Origin: a candidate division WOR-3 bacterium
Lineage (GTDB): Bacteria; Hydrothermota; Tepidihabitantia; SM23-42; JAOAFX01
Direction of reading: 5' to 3'
Assembly: GCA_039802265.1 (NCBI GenBank)
Contig: JBDRWI010000022.1
Location: 1-33,390 of the forward strand
DNA: 33,390 bases
Shown: positions 29,316-33,390 of the stretch, piece after piece
Position numbering within the stretch: position 1 is the stretch's first letter
How the letters are laid out: the number at the start of each line of letters is the position of its first letter
Made by a program: the position numbers and the translations under genes
Notes under the pieces: generated by a model
Seen by the model: only the letters and a program-made list of their open reading frames with translations
Databases searched by the model: none
Told to the model about the DNA's origin: nothing

Positions 29316-31850
29316 ATGGTCAATTTTATCCTGATTCCATTTATTTTTAGCGGAATTACTGGTAAGATTCAGGGTGTAGTAAAGGATGAAGATACAAAAG
29401 AGCCCATCGCCTTTGCTGATGTGATATTGTTAAATACGGAGATGGGCTCCGCAACCGATGAAAATGGCAATTTCTTTATTTTAAATGTCCCACCAGGTAG
29501 ATATTCAGTGGAAATATCCTATCTTGGCTATCAGACAAAGAGAATTGAAGATGTTATGGTTGAAATTGACCGGACAACCCGGCTCAATATTACTTTAAAA
29601 CCGAGTGTCATAGAAATCGCACCGGTAACTGTTTATGGGGAAACGCCCAAAATAAAAAAAGACTATGTTGCGACAACCCAGATTGTTCGTAAGCCCGAGA
29701 TTGCTACATTACCCATAGACTATACACCCACCGTGATTTCGTTTCAGGCCGCTGTAGCACGCACTGATACTGCATTGCATGTCCGCGGGGGCAGGGCAAC
29801 TGAGGTTCAGTATATGATTGACAATGTCTCAATCATTGACCCCCAGACCGGAGACTTGGCGATCGAACTTTCTAAAGGGATTGTTGAAGAGGTAATATTT
29901 TTACCCGGCGGTTTTGATGTTGAATATGGTAGGGCAATGTCCGGGGTGGTGAATTTAATCTCCGAAAGACCCCAGAAAAGTTTTAAGGGAAATCTCTATG
30001 CAAAGACCGAAAAGATTATGCCCTTTTATTATGATTTCGGTTATGAGAATTACCAATCAACAATCCATCTGCCCGCAACGAAGAATTTTCTGGGGCTTGC
30101 TTCAATAGATATTATGCAGACACAGGATTGGGACCCGAGGCTTTATATATTGCCCCACAAAAAGAGGCAGGATTATTCTCTATATACCAAATGGCTTTTT
30201 ACGCCATCACAAAAATTTAATTTGAGTCTAAGCGGGGCAAAGTCAAGGAGTCAGTTTGACCGGTATACCGGACCAGTTCCATTCTTTAAATTTCACCTGG
30301 ACAACTACCGCTCGGATATGCGTAAGGGTAATCTGGCAACAATGAATCTGAGTTATCTTCCCAGCAATCGGATGTTGTTCAATCTCACCCTGAGTCGGCT
30401 ATATACAAAACGAATCTTTGGTGTACGTGAAATGGGTTCATATCAATTATTTGATGATTTTAAATTCCGTGATTATAATACCCTTACCTGGCCTCAGGCA
30501 AGTCACCGAAATCCCTTTGGTGTTACATACTACCGGGTCATCAGTGAAGGCGATTATCCACAATACCAAGAGAAGTCCTCGGAGATTTACAATCTCAGCC
30601 TGAGAAACACATTTCAAGTTCATAATTACCATGAATTGAAATCTGGTATTGAATATATCTATCAGAATTTAGGAAACTTCACCTATCTGTTGTGTGGTGA
30701 TACACTCAATCCAATTGCCGATGAATACAGACATCAACCCAGGGAATATTCGGTCTATCTCCAGGACAACATTGACTACAAGGGATTTTATGCCAAGCTC
30801 GGTGCCCGCTATGACTATCTTGGAGTAGATATTGAAGGAGTAAAACCTAAGAAGAGTATCTCGCCGCGACTGGGCTGTTCCTTTTTGGTTACCGAAAAGT
30901 TTCTCTTTCGGGCAAACATTGGTCGTTATGTCCAGCCTCCCTTGTATGATTATATTTACCCATATTACAAAATGCTACCTCTACCTCCCCAATACTACTC
31001 CTACATAGGAATAGTGGGAAATCCTGATTTAAATCCCGAAAGGACACTGAGCTACGAGATAGGACTTCAGGGTGAGATAAAAGAGAATTTAATTGCAACA
31101 ACCAATATCTTCTATAAAGATGTGACCGACCTGACCGGCACACGGTATATACCTGCCCTGCCTGTTGGTTATTTCCAGTATTTTAATGTTGAATATGCGA
31201 ACATAAAAGGGCTGGAGGCAATCCTTGAATTTACCAACCGGGTCTTTTCCGGAAAGGTCTCCTATACTCTATCCTGGGCACGGGGGACGAGTTCCTATGC
31301 CGGTGAATATGCGGATACATCCATAACCAGACCCGCACAGGATTATTATCTAAACTTTGACCAACGTCATAGAATCTTTATTCAGGGGGCATTGAAAGTG
31401 CCTTTTGCAACGACAATCTATCTTTTTAGTTACTTTGGAAATGGTTTTCCCTATACCCCACCGGGCTATGCTGGAAAATACGAAGAACGGAATATCTTCC
31501 ATCTGCCATTCCAGCGCGAGTTTGACTGCCTTATTTCAAAGCAATTTCACATAAACCACCTCTCTTTAAACCTCCAGTTAGAAGTCCTCAATCTTCTTGA
31601 TGAACGCTATGAGGTTGCCCCGCATTATCCCTTTGTCAATCCGGAGGACATTAAACCCGAGGACTTTGATTATTATCTTTCAATCACCAATCCCTATTAT
31701 AGCCCGGCTGCAGATTTTAACCACGATGGGCTTATGACACCCTACGAGTCGTTTCACTCCTTTCGGGAACTAATCAAGGCAACCGATGACTGGGTTGCCG
31801 CATATACCGCACCAAGAAGGGCAAGGATTGGTATTACAATAGGTCTATGA
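29316..31850 (+). CDS. TonB-dependent receptor with N-terminal carboxypeptidase-regulatory-like domain
   Basis: GITGKIQGVV.D..T.EP, plug HVRGGR..E..YMID and GGFDVEYG.AMSGVVN, barrel GARYDY, SPRLG, GNPDLNPE, PRRARIG. Confidence 0.9.
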   Translation: MVNFILIPFIFSGITGKIQGVVKDEDTKEPIAFADVILLNTEMGSATDENGNFFILNVPPGRYSVEISYLGYQTKRIEDVMVEIDRTTRLNITLKPSVIEIAPVTVYGETPKIKKDYVATTQIVRKPEIATLPIDYTPTVISFQAAVARTDTALHVRGGRATEVQYMIDNVSIIDPQTGDLAIELSKGIVEEVIFLPGGFDVEYGRAMSGVVNLISERPQKSFKGNLYAKTEKIMPFYYDFGYENYQSTIHLPATKNFLGLASIDIMQTQDWDPRLYILPHKKRQDYSLYTKWLFTPSQKFNLSLSGAKSRSQFDRYTGPVPFFKFHLDNYRSDMRKGNLATMNLSYLPSNRMLFNLTLSRLYTKRIFGVREMGSYQLFDDFKFRDYNTLTWPQASHRNPFGVTYYRVISEGDYPQYQEKSSEIYNLSLRNTFQVHNYHELKSGIEYIYQNLGNFTYLLCGDTLNPIADEYRHQPREYSVYLQDNIDYKGFYAKLGARYDYLGVDIEGVKPKKSISPRLGCSFLVTEKFLFRANIGRYVQPPLYDYIYPYYKMLPLPPQYYSYIGIVGNPDLNPERTLSYEIGLQGEIKENLIATTNIFYKDVTDLTGTRYIPALPVGYFQYFNVEYANIKGLEAILEFTNRVFSGKVSYTLSWARGTSSYAGEYADTSITRPAQDYYLNFDQRHRIFIQGALKVPFATTIYLFSYFGNGFPYTPPGYAGKYEERNIFHLPFQREFDCLISKQFHINHLSLNLQLEVLNLLDERYEVAPHYPFVNPEDIKPEDFDYYLSITNPYYSPAADFNHDGLMTPYESFHSFRELIKATDDWVAAYTAPRRARIGITIGL

Positions 31851-32593
31851 AGAGGATTTTCAGCGTTGTTTTTACTGCACTTATCCTCCTTCGGGCGCAA
31901 AATGGCGGTGATGGAGAAAGTCTATTAAACCAGGCACAACAGGATTATGAAAAAGGGGAATATACCAAGGTAATAAGCACTCTTGAGGGCGAATTGAATC
32001 AGTTTAAAGGAGACGATAGAGTTGTGGCACACAAGTATTTAGGTTTGAGCTATCTTGCCCTTGGTGATAATGCATCAGCCAAAGACCATTTCAAACTTCT
32101 CTTGAAAATGAATCCTAAATTTCTTTTTGATACTACAATAATCAAGGGCCCGGGGATAGTCAAGGCAATCAATGAGGCAAGGAAGGAGATTGCCCGGGAG
32201 GCGGCATTCTGTTCCTGTTTTATCCCTGGTTCAGGGCAGATGATTAAAGGCGAAGATATGAAAGGCAGGATTATAATGCTCGGTTCAGGGATAAGTCTGG
32301 CCGGTGCCCTTTATTTGTGGACCATCACCAACAATAAACACGAACAATATCTCTCCCTGGGACCCGATGACCAGGAGAGGATGGATGAATATTATGACGT
32401 CTATAATCGCTGGTACCACCGGGCGCTTCTGGGGAGTACATTATTTATCGGGATTTATCTTTACAATTTTATTGATGCAATGTTTGCAAATACTGAAGTT
32501 CGCATCGCATCTAATTGCAACAATTGCCGGATATACTGCACAACAGATAACGAAAAAATTCAATTCGGCTGTTGGATTAAATTCTCAAGATGA
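31847..32593 (+). CDS. Exported TPR protein with DUF5683-like membrane C-terminus
   Basis: Signal peptide, TPR (AHKYLGLSYLALG...A..HF..LL..NP), SCFIPGSGQ motif; ATGA overlap with the receptor gene. Confidence 0.75.
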   Translation: MKRIFSVVFTALILLRAQNGGDGESLLNQAQQDYEKGEYTKVISTLEGELNQFKGDDRVVAHKYLGLSYLALGDNASAKDHFKLLLKMNPKFLFDTTIIKGPGIVKAINEARKEIAREAAFCSCFIPGSGQMIKGEDMKGRIIMLGSGISLAGALYLWTITNNKHEQYLSLGPDDQERMDEYYDVYNRWYHRALLGSTLFIGIYLYNFIDAMFANTEVRIASNCNNCRIYCTTDNEKIQFGCWIKFSR

Positions 32594-33390
32594 AAATTAC
32601 AAATAAACATCTCCTGATCATTGTTTTTCTTTTTCTCAACTGTCTGAATGCACCTCGGGATAATAGATACGACCCCCAAAATCCCCATAAGGCAGAGATA
32701 ATCGGAACAGTATATGAGCCAGACAGTGCAACTATCACCGGTGCGATTTTACAACTTTATGATGACAATAATCAAATAGTCCAGGTTGATACTAGTGATA
32801 CACAGGGGGAATTTGTCTTTTTAAATATTAACCCCGGGGTCTACAAAATTACCGGTCAGACAAAATACTATAGTAAAGTTGAAATTGAGGCAGAAAGCCT
32901 CTGGGCCGGAACCGTCCTTGACTCATATAATATCTTATTTACAACCTTTCACTTTGAAGATGACCTGCCAAATGAGATGCCCTATGGTTTTTATCGTATT
33001 AGCGGCACCTGGCGTGTTGTCTCGGACTCCAGCGCAAATCATTCAATACCTAATGTCTACAATGGGTGCAATACCGATGCCGGCGATTGGGCAATTACCT
33101 TCTTCCGGAGCCCGAGTCAGGCATTAGAGTTTTCCCTCAAGATGAAGGTCTTGAGTTCATCCGGCAATGACTGGGAGACTGGTATTTTATTGTGGTATCA
33201 GGACCGAAGAAATTACTATTTTATAAGGATTAGACAAGGTTATTCGACCTATGGGGTAATGAAGGACAGCGTAGAGACAATATTCTACACTAAGCCATTA
33301 GACTTTACAACCGACACCTGGCATCATTTAAAGGCAAAGCGTTGTGGTTATGCACTTCCTGTCTATATTGATGAATTCTTTCAGTTTCCT
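32590..33390 (+). CDS. Lipoprotein with carboxypeptidase-regulatory-like domain and probable lectin-like beta-sandwich; partial, runs off the window
   Basis: Absent from the ORF track. Manual translation: MKITNKHLLIIVFLFLNC-LNAPRDNRYDPQNP...TSDTQGEFVFLNINPGVYKI...GILLWYQDRRNYY...DTWHHLK. ATGA overlap with the previous gene. Confidence 0.8.
   Translation, partial: MKITNKHLLIIVFLFLNCLNAPRDNRYDPQNPHKAEIIGTVYEPDSATITGAILQLYDDNNQIVQVDTSDTQGEFVFLNINPGVYKITGQTKYYSKVEIEAESLWAGTVLDSYNILFTTFHFEDDLPNEMPYGFYRISGTWRVVSDSSANHSIPNVYNGCNTDAGDWAITFFRSPSQALEFSLKMKVLSSSGNDWETGILLWYQDRRNYYFIRIRQGYSTYGVMKDSVETIFYTKPLDFTTDTWHHLKAKRCGYALPVYIDEFFQFP

Noticed and set aside
32879..33127. 82-aa plus-strand ORF
   Set aside because: Out-of-frame overlap with the longer lipoprotein CDS starting at 32590.

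Overview
Bacterial chromosome segment spanning the likely replication origin. The gene content (several T9SS-type C-terminal-domain proteins, TamA/TamB, a TonB-dependent receptor) suggests a diderm FCB-related lineage, possibly WOR-3-like; this is inference only. Left to right: a stand-alone 23S rRNA gene (minus strand, own promoter, no 16S or tRNA upstream) interrupted at E. coli position ~1931 by a group I intron carrying a LAGLIDADG homing endonuclease; a small beta-barrel gene, dnaN and dnaA with DnaA-box clusters on both sides of dnaA; fba; a secreted PHP hydrolase; an orphan hypF followed by a probable hypC relic; a MalT-like STAND/TPR/SARP regulator next to an 11-bp tandem-repeat promoter for a secreted protein; palindrome-rich spacers; an M6 protease; an rpsL-rpsG-aminopeptidase-tamA-tamB operon without fusA/tuf; a REP-flanked Asp-box secreted protein; and a TonB-receptor operon running off the end. 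Seven near-consensus sigma70-type promoters all have a 16-bp spacer.
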